Position numbers and translations under genes: made by a program. From Candidatus Woesebacteria bacterium UBA5941 (lineage in GTDB: Bacteria > Patescibacteriota > Microgenomatia > UBA8517): a DNA stretch of 64,000 bases. The stretch's first letter is position 1, and each line of letters starts with the position of its first letter. Location of the stretch: NCBI GenBank assembly GCA_002430735.1, contig DJCV01000017.1, forward strand, positions 17,238 to 81,237. Reading direction: 5' to 3'. Of this stretch, positions 28,202 to 37,122 are shown piece by piece. Below the pieces are notes generated by a model that was not told where the DNA came from, searched no databases, and saw only the letters and a program-made list of their open reading frames with translations.

Positions 28202-29189
28202 TAAAACAGCACACGTATCAGAAGCCATGTTTTCAAAGAAGATTGAGTCAGTTCCTGTTCGCGACGGGTTTGGAGAGGGGATGGTTCGTTTGGGACGAGA
28301 AAATCCACTTGTTGTTGCATTAACGGCTGACCTGAAAGAATCAACACGGATTCACCGGTTTGCAGCAGAATTTCCTGATCGGTTTATTGAGTGTGGGGTG
28401 AGTGAACAGGGAATGATCACCGTTGCTTCCGGACTTGCAAATTATGGCAAGATTCCATTTGCGTGTTCATTCGCCGCATTTAGCCCTGGACGCAATTGGG
28501 AACAAATTCGAACAACAATCTGTCTTAATGATGTCCCTGTTAAAATTGCAGGATTGTTTGTTGGTGTTACGGTAGGAGCTGATGGAGCAACACATCAAAT
28601 GCTTGAAGATATTAGCCTAATGCGATCACTTCCAAACATGATCGTTGTAGCACCCAGTGATGCAATTGAAGCTCGGAAAGCGGTTATTGCAGCAGCTTCC
28701 ATCAATAAGCCAGTGTACTTACGCATTCCTCGCGTTGAGTCACCTGTATATACCACTGAGGAGACACCATTTGAGATTGGGAAAGCGGTAACGATCTGGG
28801 AAGAAAAAAATCCGCAAGTTACAATCATTGCACACGGGGTGATGGTGTATGAGAGTTTACTTGCTGCACGTGAATTATCAAAAAAGGGAATTATGTCGAT
28901 TGTTATTAATTGCCATACGATAAAACCACTAGATGATCAAGCAATTATTCATGCAGCGAAATTAACAGACGCAGTGGTTGTTGCTGAAGAACATCAACAA
29001 TCAGGCGGACTTGGAGGAGCAATTTCAGAACTATTGGGACAACAATATCCAGCGTATATAGAAATTGTTGGAGTAGCTGACTCATTTGGACAAAGTGGAA
29101 AACCAAAGGAACTTCTTGAACGGTACGGTTTAACTGCTGAACACATTGCTCAAGCAGCTCGCCGTGTTATTAAGCGAAAAAACAGTTAA
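28194..29189 (+). CDS. Transketolase, C-terminal subunit
   Basis: TADL..ST, ECGVSEQ, EQIR, GADGATHQ.LED, PVYLR, IKPLD, EEH..GGLG. Confidence 0.95.
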   Translation: MLNKTAHVSEAMFSKKIESVPVRDGFGEGMVRLGRENPLVVALTADLKESTRIHRFAAEFPDRFIECGVSEQGMITVASGLANYGKIPFACSFAAFSPGRNWEQIRTTICLNDVPVKIAGLFVGVTVGADGATHQMLEDISLMRSLPNMIVVAPSDAIEARKAVIAAASINKPVYLRIPRVESPVYTTEETPFEIGKAVTIWEEKNPQVTIIAHGVMVYESLLAARELSKKGIMSIVINCHTIKPLDDQAIIHAAKLTDAVVVAEEHQQSGGLGGAISELLGQQYPAYIEIVGVADSFGQSGKPKELLERYGLTAEHIAQAARRVIKRKNS

Positions 29190-29215
29190 CCATTTCTGGT
29201 GTGTTAATCTAAATT

Positions 29216-29989
29216 ATGAGTCGACAATATCCTGCAATCGAAAAAATATTAAGAAATGGGAAAGGGCTCCTATTTGCATACGATCATGGATTTGAGTATG
29301 GGCCTAGCAACTTTGACGAGCAATCGGTTGAACCAACCGTTGCTTTAGAACTCGCTAATTCAGGAAATTTTACCGGCTTTATTTGCCAGAAGGGAATCGC
29401 TGCACGGTATTATGATGAAGCACTCCACACCGTTCCACTCATTGTAAAGCTCAATGGGAAAACATCGTTCCGAAACACGAATGAGCCTAAGTCGATTCAA
29501 AACTGCACCGTTGATGAAGCAATTTCTTTTGGGGCAGTAGCGGTAGGGTACGTAATTCATGTTGGCTCGCAGTATGAACCAGAAATGATTGCAGAGTTTG
29601 GGAGAATAGAGCGAGAGGCGCATGAGAAAAATTTGGCCGTTTTAGCATGGATGTACATTACTGGGGATGACTTAATCAAACCTGAACATTCAGATATCAT
29701 AGCGTATGCTGCTCGTGTTGGGATGGAGCTCAATGCTGATGGGATTATTGTGAAGTATACCGGTGATGAAGGAAGTTTCAGGTGGGTTGTAAAGAACGCA
29801 GGAAGGTCAAAAGTGTTTGTGGTTGGTGGGCCAAGAATGGAAACAAGTTACCAATTAATTGAAACTGCTCGAATTGTTTCTCGAGCTGGTGGCGCGGGGT
29901 TTGCTGTAGGAAGAAATATCTGGCAGGCAAAAGACCCAATGGCAATTGCACATCATCTAAATACCGAGCTCTTTGGGGAGAATTCTTAG
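29216..29989 (+). CDS. Class I aldolase, DhnA/archaeal FBPA type; Schiff-base Lys apparently lost
   Basis: AYDHGFEYGP, PLIVKLNGKT, AYAARVGMELNAD, GGP, AVGRNIWQ. Confidence 0.85.
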   Translation: MSRQYPAIEKILRNGKGLLFAYDHGFEYGPSNFDEQSVEPTVALELANSGNFTGFICQKGIAARYYDEALHTVPLIVKLNGKTSFRNTNEPKSIQNCTVDEAISFGAVAVGYVIHVGSQYEPEMIAEFGRIEREAHEKNLAVLAWMYITGDDLIKPEHSDIIAYAARVGMELNADGIIVKYTGDEGSFRWVVKNAGRSKVFVVGGPRMETSYQLIETARIVSRAGGAGFAVGRNIWQAKDPMAIAHHLNTELFGENS

Positions 29990-30876
29990 AATGCAATCGA
30001 GAGCGAGTATGAAGCGTCGTTTTTAGGTTCTCCACTCGGATTATCCTTTTGTAAGACAATAGCACCACTTTGAGCTGTTGTTGTAAATGAGAGTGTTGCT
30101 TCAAAGGGAATGCTTTTTCCAGTCATCCATGTTCCGGGTGTTCTCTCTTTGGCCACTCCTTGGACAATGATCTTTCCATTTGAGTCTATTATTTTAATAG
30201 GAAAACTTCCTTCAAACATCCATCCAGGGGGAACACTGCCTATCACCTTTACAGGACTTGTAATAGTGCTGCCTCTATCTGGTGAGTCAATTGTTGGAGT
30301 GGAGGTGTCTTGCTTTACACATTTTCCTCCTGAATCTGGGTAATTTCCGTCGATCTGACAGGTAAACCCAAGCGGGCAGACCATGCCTGCGATTCCACCA
30401 CAAAACGTTCCAGGTGTAGATGAACCTTTTTCATTCTCAGTTAAGCAGCGGTTTAGTTCAGTCGTTTGAGTCCATCCGCAGGCTCCATTTGATTGCACCT
30501 CGCACGTTGCTGTTTTATAACACTGATACGATGCTTTGTAGACGCAGATAGATGCCGTTGTCTCGCTTCCGGCAGGGACACAGAGTTCGCCGCTACACCC
30601 AGCCACGACACAGGAGCCGTTTGTGTTTGGTTGCGGTGTTTGTTGTGTTACAGTCTCAACGAAACGACTGCCAGAACTTGTTATACACACTGATGGATAT
30701 GATTCTTGGATAATACTGTCACTCCGAGCAGCACACTCCTGGTAATTTGTTGGCTTAGTAACGCTCATTCTATTTCCGGGAAGTAAGCTTGTGAGGACTG
30801 AAAGTAGGGTAACGAAGCCGAAGCAGCAGATAATTACTGTAATTATGATAAATGGTTTACTCTTGAGAATTTTCAT
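29986..30876 (-). CDS. Cys-rich surface protein with eight-cysteine-cluster and Gmad2 Ig-like domains
   Basis: N-terminal TM; ECAA..ESYPSVC; CVVAGCSGELC..C..C..C..CGW; FCGGIAGMVC; SP..G..WMFEGSFP..KDNPSG. Confidence 0.75.
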   Translation of the reverse strand: MKILKSKPFIIITVIICCFGFVTLLSVLTSLLPGNRMSVTKPTNYQECAARSDSIIQESYPSVCITSSGSRFVETVTQQTPQPNTNGSCVVAGCSGELCVPAGSETTASICVYKASYQCYKTATCEVQSNGACGWTQTTELNRCLTENEKGSSTPGTFCGGIAGMVCPLGFTCQIDGNYPDSGGKCVKQDTSTPTIDSPDRGSTITSPVKVIGSVPPGWMFEGSFPIKIIDSNGKIIVQGVAKERTPGTWMTGKSIPFEATLSFTTTAQSGAIVLQKDNPSGEPKNDASYSLSIAF

Positions 30877-30927
30877 TGGTACTATCTTAACATTCCTTTC
30901 AAGTGCTTTTTCGTGATAGAGTGAACT

Positions 30928-31941
30928 ATGAGTGCATTACATGATATCGCTGAAACGCTCGTTGCAGGAAAGCGTGGCTTACTCGCAGCCGATGAAAGCG
31001 ACTCAACAATAAAAAAGCGCTTTGATTCAGTTTCCCTTGAGTCAAATGAAGAAAATAGACGGTTGTACCGCGAACTACTGTTTTCAACTCCAGGTATAGA
31101 AGAATATGTTTCTGGGATTATCCTCTTTGATGAGACGATTAGACAAAGAACTCACGCAGGAATTCCATTTCCAGAATTCTTGTCACAAAGAGGAATTATT
31201 CCTGGAATTAAAGTTGATAAAGGGACTGTTGAGCTCACCAATTTCCCTAACGAAAAGGTGACTGAAGGACTTGATGGTCTGGCTGCACGACTCACTGAAT
31301 ATAAGTCGTTAGGAGCAAAATTTGCGAAGTGGAGAGCGGTGATAACGATTGGTGAGAATATGCCAACCCAGGCATGTATTGATTCAAATTGTTACTTGCT
31401 TGCAAGGTATGCCGCCCTTTGTCAGGCTCAAGAAGTAGTTCCAATTGTTGAGCCAGAAGTCTTAATGGATGGAAATCATCCGATCGAGAAGTGTCGTGAG
31501 GTGACATATACCACACTCAAAACGCTCTTCTCAGAGCTCTCGAAATATAAAATCGATTTTTCAGGACTACTTTTGAAACCGAATATGGTTCTTCCTGGAA
31601 AAGAATTTGGGTCTAAAGCTACCCCTGAAGTAGTCGCAGAGCACACAGTGAAAATACTTGCTGAAGTTGTTCCAGACGAGGTCCCGGGAGTTGTCTTTTT
31701 ATCAGGCGGGCAATCACCAGAAGAGGCAACGCTTAACTTACAGCAAATTAATGCATATTCACAAATGAAATGGAGGTTAACATTTTCATATAGTCGTGCA
31801 ATTCAAGAACCAGTACTACATGCTTGGGCTGGAAAGAAAGAGAACCAGGAAGAGGCTCAGAAAGTATTTTTGAAGCGAGCAAAGCTTGCAAGCCTTGCGA
31901 GTGTCGGACAGTATAACCCTTCCATGGAAACAGCGGCATGA
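30928..31941 (+). CDS. Class I fructose-bisphosphate aldolase, eukaryote-like family
   Basis: GLLAADES, GIKVDKG, FAKWRAV, PIVEPEVL, LLKPNMV (catalytic Lys), FLSGGQ, FSYSRA. Confidence 0.95.
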   Translation: MSALHDIAETLVAGKRGLLAADESDSTIKKRFDSVSLESNEENRRLYRELLFSTPGIEEYVSGIILFDETIRQRTHAGIPFPEFLSQRGIIPGIKVDKGTVELTNFPNEKVTEGLDGLAARLTEYKSLGAKFAKWRAVITIGENMPTQACIDSNCYLLARYAALCQAQEVVPIVEPEVLMDGNHPIEKCREVTYTTLKTLFSELSKYKIDFSGLLLKPNMVLPGKEFGSKATPEVVAEHTVKILAEVVPDEVPGVVFLSGGQSPEEATLNLQQINAYSQMKWRLTFSYSRAIQEPVLHAWAGKKENQEEAQKVFLKRAKLASLASVGQYNPSMETAA

Positions 31942-32933
31942 ATAATTCTTTACAACTGGTAACCGTCGGTGATTCTACCCTTGATGTTTTTATTGCCCCA
32001 AGCGAGACTGAAACACTCTGTACTATCGATCAAAAAGAATGTTTGGTTTGTTTTAACTATGGAGATAAAATCCCGGTCAACTCATTAGGCTTCTCGGTGG
32101 GAGGCAATGCTGCAAATAATGCTGTTGGCGCTAAACGATTAGGCTTACAGGCAGCATTAATCTCTTCGCTCGGGGATGACATAACCGGCAAGCAAATAGC
32201 AGAAGCTTTACAGACTGAATCAGTAAATATGTCATATGTTCATACCGTCATCGGTGGGACTTCTAATTACTCGAGTGTGATTACCTATGGTGGAGAGCGA
32301 ACTATTTTTAGTTATCACGCGCCAAAACCGTATGTCGTTCCTGATGAGTTACCGCAAACTGATTGGATGTATCTAACGTCTCTGGGAGAAGGGTGGGAAG
32401 CAGTCTTTGCAAAAGTGTTTGCCTATCTTGAAAAGCATCCAACAACAAAACTGGCGTTTAACCCCGGGAGCAAACAATTGAGAGCACCACTTGATTCGCT
32501 CACTGAAGTGCTCTCAAAGACACACTTATTGTATGTGAACCGAGAAGAGGCGGAGCATCTTGCACAACTCCAAGACACCGTAGGAAAAGAAAAAGATCTC
32601 TTATTCGCTATGAGCAAAAAAGGGCCTCGTATTGTTGTCATAACAGATGGCTCAAATGGAGCATTCGTTTTTAATGGTCAATCATATTTTTTCGCCCCTG
32701 TTTTTCCGCAGACTGCAGTTGAAAGAACAGGAGCTGGCGATGCGTTTGGTTCAGGCTGTCTTAGTGCACTTATTAAAGGTAAAACCCTTGAGGAGGCACT
32801 TTTGTGGGGTGCTATTAATTCAGCCTCTGTTATTAGTAAAGTCGGTGCACAAGCAGGGTTACTTCATGAAGATGAGATGCATGTGTTTCTTGACCGCGCT
32901 TGTGAACAAGGTATTATGGTTACAGAGTTATGA
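31938..32933 (+). CDS. PfkB-family carbohydrate kinase
   Basis: GGNAANNA, GDD..G, FNPG, VNREEA, ITDGSNGA, RTGAGDAFGSG. Confidence 0.92.
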   Translation: MNNSLQLVTVGDSTLDVFIAPSETETLCTIDQKECLVCFNYGDKIPVNSLGFSVGGNAANNAVGAKRLGLQAALISSLGDDITGKQIAEALQTESVNMSYVHTVIGGTSNYSSVITYGGERTIFSYHAPKPYVVPDELPQTDWMYLTSLGEGWEAVFAKVFAYLEKHPTTKLAFNPGSKQLRAPLDSLTEVLSKTHLLYVNREEAEHLAQLQDTVGKEKDLLFAMSKKGPRIVVITDGSNGAFVFNGQSYFFAPVFPQTAVERTGAGDAFGSGCLSALIKGKTLEEALLWGAINSASVISKVGAQAGLLHEDEMHVFLDRACEQGIMVTEL

Positions 32934-33916
32934 AAATATTTGTTTCCCGTTCATTCCCTGGTACTGCGCTAGACTCCCTAAAGTCTTCTGGTCATGAAGT
33001 TACTATTTCTCCCTTTGACCGACCGCTCACCGCAGAGGAGCTCTTGGTACATGCAAAAGGAGTCGATGGATTACTTTCATTTTTAACTGACAAAATTGAT
33101 GGAGAAGTGTTGGATGCGCTTGGACCGCAATTGAAGATCGTCAGTAATTACGCAGTCGGCTTTGACAACATTGTTGTCCCTGAAGCAACGAATAGGGGAA
33201 TTGTTGTTTCAAATACTCCATGCGATGAAGTAAATGAAGCAGTTGCAGAGCACACCTGGGCATTACTCTTGTCCTTAGCCAGGCGTGTTGTTGAGGCAGA
33301 TGAGTCTACAAAACGTGGGGCATATCACGGATGGGAGCCAGGAATTTTCTTAGGTGCGAGTTTGAAAGGGAAAACACTTGGTATTATTGGTATGGGCAGA
33401 ATTGGAGAGATGGTTGCTCGACGCGCAAAAGGCTTTGAAATGAAAGTCCTTTATAACAAGCGAACGCCAGATCCGAAAGCAGAAAGCGAGTTGGGTGTAA
33501 CATTTGCATCTGTTGATGATTTACTCGCACAAAGTGATTTTGTGTCTCTTCATGCACCACTTACCGACGAAACTCGTCATATGATGAATCATGATCGTTT
33601 TAGCAAAATGAAAAATGGGAGCTACTTAATCAACACGGCACGTGGACCAATGGTAGATGAATATGCATTAGTGGAGGCACTTCGAACCGGAAAACTCGCA
33701 GGAGCAGGCCTTGATGTCTTTGACGCTGAGCCGAATATGAATCCAGAACTAGTGGGTATGGAAAACGTAATATTAACGCCTCACATCGCATCAGCGACGT
33801 ATGAGGCACGAGAGAAGATGGGACGACTTGCAGTTGACGCAATTCTACAAACGCTCACGAGTCAACAACCTCAAACAATTGTGAATCCCGATGTATGGGA
33901 TCACCGTCGCGTATAA
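32930..33916 (+). CDS. D-2-hydroxyacid dehydrogenase (glyoxylate/hydroxypyruvate reductase type)
   Basis: NYAVGFDNI, GIIGMGRIG, SLHAPL, INTARG, GLDVFDAEP, TPHIASAT. Confidence 0.93.
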   Translation: MKIFVSRSFPGTALDSLKSSGHEVTISPFDRPLTAEELLVHAKGVDGLLSFLTDKIDGEVLDALGPQLKIVSNYAVGFDNIVVPEATNRGIVVSNTPCDEVNEAVAEHTWALLLSLARRVVEADESTKRGAYHGWEPGIFLGASLKGKTLGIIGMGRIGEMVARRAKGFEMKVLYNKRTPDPKAESELGVTFASVDDLLAQSDFVSLHAPLTDETRHMMNHDRFSKMKNGSYLINTARGPMVDEYALVEALRTGKLAGAGLDVFDAEPNMNPELVGMENVILTPHIASATYEAREKMGRLAVDAILQTLTSQQPQTIVNPDVWDHRRV

Positions 33917-33932
33917 TATACGCACACCCACT

Positions 33933-34943
33933 ATGGCTTTTAGACGCAAGCGATTAATCAAAACGGAAGATGAACTTTCATCGGCGCGAATTGATATGCG
34001 TGAGAAACCAAAGAAAGGGTGGGGGAAAAAGGAGCGTTCGTTTGTCTTTCTGGTGGTGATTGGAACTTCATTAACTGCATTTCTCTTGGCATTTACTTCA
34101 CGACAAGGTAAATTGCCCGGTCTTCCTCGATTAAGTGGTTCCTCAATTGGTATGAGTGAAACTGTGGTGCTCACAAAAACACAGGCACCACCTTCAGTAA
34201 AGAAAAAACAAAATGAAACAATTCTTGCGTTTACTGAAGCGGTTTCTCAACTCTCGGGAGTATATTCGTTTGTTGCAGTGGATTTGAATTCTGGGGAGGT
34301 CTATGGAGTGAACGAATATGAACCGATGCAAGCGGCATCACTTATTAAACTGCCAGTCATGGCGCAATTTCTGAAGATGGCTGAAGATGGGAAGATTAAT
34401 CTTGATACTGTATATACCTTGCGCGATGCTGACAAAATTGGTGGATCGGGAAGTTTGCAGTATAAAGCAGCCGGTACTGAGCTCACATATCGGGAATTGG
34501 TTCAACTAATGGGAAAGCAGTCTGATAATACTGCATTTAACGTAGTTCGTAAAAAAATTGGTGATCAAGCAATTGCTGACTATATGAAAAACGTTGGAAT
34601 GAAGAACACGGACCTTTTGGAAAACATGACAACGCCATCAGATATGGCGCTCCTGTTTGAAAAAATATATCAAGCTCAAATTATCTCAGTAGCTTCAAGA
34701 GATTTGTTACTTGAGAGTTTAACTGGCACAATTTATGAGCAACATTTAGTCAAAGGCATTCCAGAAGGAATCAAGGTCGCGCACAAGTATGGTCGCGAAT
34801 TGCATGTGGTGAATGATGGAGGCGTTGTATATTCAGAATCTCCATATGTCGTTGTAATTATGACTGCTGGAATTGTAGAGGCTGAAGCTGATTCTGTATT
34901 TCCAAAACTCTCTCAAATTATATTCGAAGGACAAACTTACTGA
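33933..34943 (+). CDS. Membrane-anchored class A beta-lactamase-fold serine hydrolase
   Basis: AASLIK (SxxK), SDN, HKYG, VNDGG; TM near N-terminus. Confidence 0.85.
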   Translation: MAFRRKRLIKTEDELSSARIDMREKPKKGWGKKERSFVFLVVIGTSLTAFLLAFTSRQGKLPGLPRLSGSSIGMSETVVLTKTQAPPSVKKKQNETILAFTEAVSQLSGVYSFVAVDLNSGEVYGVNEYEPMQAASLIKLPVMAQFLKMAEDGKINLDTVYTLRDADKIGGSGSLQYKAAGTELTYRELVQLMGKQSDNTAFNVVRKKIGDQAIADYMKNVGMKNTDLLENMTTPSDMALLFEKIYQAQIISVASRDLLLESLTGTIYEQHLVKGIPEGIKVAHKYGRELHVVNDGGVVYSESPYVVVIMTAGIVEAEADSVFPKLSQIIFEGQTY

Positions 34944-37066
34944 AGTGAAAACTTTGTTTTTTCTTTAGCGAGTTCGTTGGGAACACAGGGATTCTTCGGT
35001 TCTGTTCCTTGGATAAACCATTCTCGAGTCCCACCACAGCCTGAGATTTCAACAATACCACCAGGAATAGGCCACGGGGTACTCGGCTCTTTTTCCAGGA
35101 GACGTTTCATGATTCCATTCCAAATAGGAGAGGCTCCCGTTACTCCGGAGGCGACTCTGCTCATTGGAGAACCGTCATTGTTTCCAACCCATACCGCAAC
35201 TAAATAGTTTTTATTAAATCCAACAGTTAAGTTATCGCGTAAATTGTTGCTTGTGCCCGTTTTCACTGCAACTTCAGGATGGTTGGGGATGACCAATGCA
35301 GAGTTTGCTCCAAAAGCGGGAGTTCTGGCAGCATTGTCTGAAAGTATGCTTATCAATTGATATGCCACGCGCGGATCTAATACTTGTTCTTTGGTACATG
35401 CGGCATCACTACATAAAACTGGTTGGGTGTCACCGCGTAGATCTACGATTGATTTAAATGGTGTAATAGGTATTCGCTTGCCATAATTTGCGATAGTTAA
35501 ATAGACTTGTGCAAGGTCGATTAATCGAACTTCACCACCACCTAATGTTAAAGAAAGTCCAAACCTATTTCGATCCTCCCACGTTGTAATTCCCATTTTA
35601 TTTCCCAGATCAATCATATTCGAAACACCATAACTATTTAAGACTTTAACTGCAGGGATATTTCGAGATTGCGCAAGCGCACTTCGAAGAGAGATTTTTC
35701 CTTTATATGTGCCATCGTAATTTTCAGGTTTATATGGAGGAGCGCCACGTGTGGTAAACACTGTTGGGATATCATCCAGGATGCTTGCTGGCGTAAACCC
35801 GTGGGATAAGGCATATGCATAATTCACGACCTTAATTGAACTCCCAGGCTGTCTCAGACTTGTTGTTGTGTTCACTGTTCCATCATTTTTACTGTCGTTG
35901 TAATTTCTGGAACCCACCATTGCAAGAATCTCTCCCGTTTGCACTGATATAACAAGCACGCCTGCGTTTGAAACTTTGAGTCGTGCTAAGTTCTTGAGCT
36001 CTTTTTCCACCTCTTCTTCTGCAATTGATTGAATTGAATCACTAATCGTTGAAGTTATGGAATATCCATTGGTAAATACCCCATGACCATACTTACTTGC
36101 TAATAAACCACCAACATAAATGACAAAGTGGGGTGCTTCTGAGAACAGTTGATCTTTTTGAAATGCTAATTGCACCGCTTGCGCTTCACGCTTTTCTTTT
36201 TCTGTGATGTATTCCATTTCATACATTTGGTTTAATACAATATTTTTCCTCGTCAGTGCACGGTCACGGTCTTCAAAAAATGTTGAGGGGTTTTGTGGTC
36301 GTGATGCAATAAACGCTGCTTCTGAAAGGTTCACCGTTTGTATGTCTTTTCCGAAATATAAATGAGACGCTTCTTGTACCCCGTACGAGGCTCCTCCGTA
36401 TGGAACGCGGTTTAAGTACATCTCTAGAATTTGATCTTTAGTGAACCGCTCTTCAACTTGAAGTGCTAATATCATTTCAGAAATTTTTCGGTCGAGTGTT
36501 CTTTCTGGAGAGAGATATACATTTTTAACAAGCTGTTGAGTAAGAGTAGAGGCCCCGGTTAATTGCCCACCATCTCTGATCCACTTAATGAACGCTCTGC
36601 TTAACGCTTTAAATGAAACACCTTTATGTGAATAAAAGTCTCGATCTTCTGTGGCTATTGTTGCTTGCTTTACTGAGAGTGGTATTTCACTCAGAGAAAT
36701 CGGAGTCCTATTTACATCGCTATAAAACTTATACAAAAGTTTTCCATTCCGATCATATACTTTTGATGATGCATCATTGTTATGTGTGGGAAGTGTTGAG
36801 ACATCCGGAAGAGATGTAAAAAAATCAAAGGCCGATTTGTACATCATGCCCATGCTAATAAAAAATATGCAGACAGGAACTGTTAACAAAATGAGTCTGT
36901 TTATTTGATTAAACACCTTGAATGAGGTTCTTTCTTTAATGAAAGAATGTAGAAATACTAAGGTGATCACAATGATACTGAGTAGGACATAGAAGGGTTT
37001 TCCAACGAGGATGAGAGGTCTAGTAACCAGCGAAAATTTCTTTGAGGCGTGTGTCTTCCTCTTCAT
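34937..37066 (-). CDS. Class A penicillin-binding protein (transglycosylase/transpeptidase)
   Basis: EDRDFYSHKG, GASTLTQQLVKN, RQPGSSIK, SRNIPAV, KTGT. Confidence 0.95.
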   Translation of the reverse strand: MKRKTHASKKFSLVTRPLILVGKPFYVLLSIIVITLVFLHSFIKERTSFKVFNQINRLILLTVPVCIFFISMGMMYKSAFDFFTSLPDVSTLPTHNNDASSKVYDRNGKLLYKFYSDVNRTPISLSEIPLSVKQATIATEDRDFYSHKGVSFKALSRAFIKWIRDGGQLTGASTLTQQLVKNVYLSPERTLDRKISEMILALQVEERFTKDQILEMYLNRVPYGGASYGVQEASHLYFGKDIQTVNLSEAAFIASRPQNPSTFFEDRDRALTRKNIVLNQMYEMEYITEKEKREAQAVQLAFQKDQLFSEAPHFVIYVGGLLASKYGHGVFTNGYSITSTISDSIQSIAEEEVEKELKNLARLKVSNAGVLVISVQTGEILAMVGSRNYNDSKNDGTVNTTTSLRQPGSSIKVVNYAYALSHGFTPASILDDIPTVFTTRGAPPYKPENYDGTYKGKISLRSALAQSRNIPAVKVLNSYGVSNMIDLGNKMGITTWEDRNRFGLSLTLGGGEVRLIDLAQVYLTIANYGKRIPITPFKSIVDLRGDTQPVLCSDAACTKEQVLDPRVAYQLISILSDNAARTPAFGANSALVIPNHPEVAVKTGTSNNLRDNLTVGFNKNYLVAVWVGNNDGSPMSRVASGVTGASPIWNGIMKRLLEKEPSTPWPIPGGIVEISGCGGTREWFIQGTEPKNPCVPNELAKEKTKFSLQ

Positions 37067-37122
37067 TAATAATACATTTTAATCTATTCACGATACGAGA
37101 AAGAAGAGGGGAATTACGCTTT

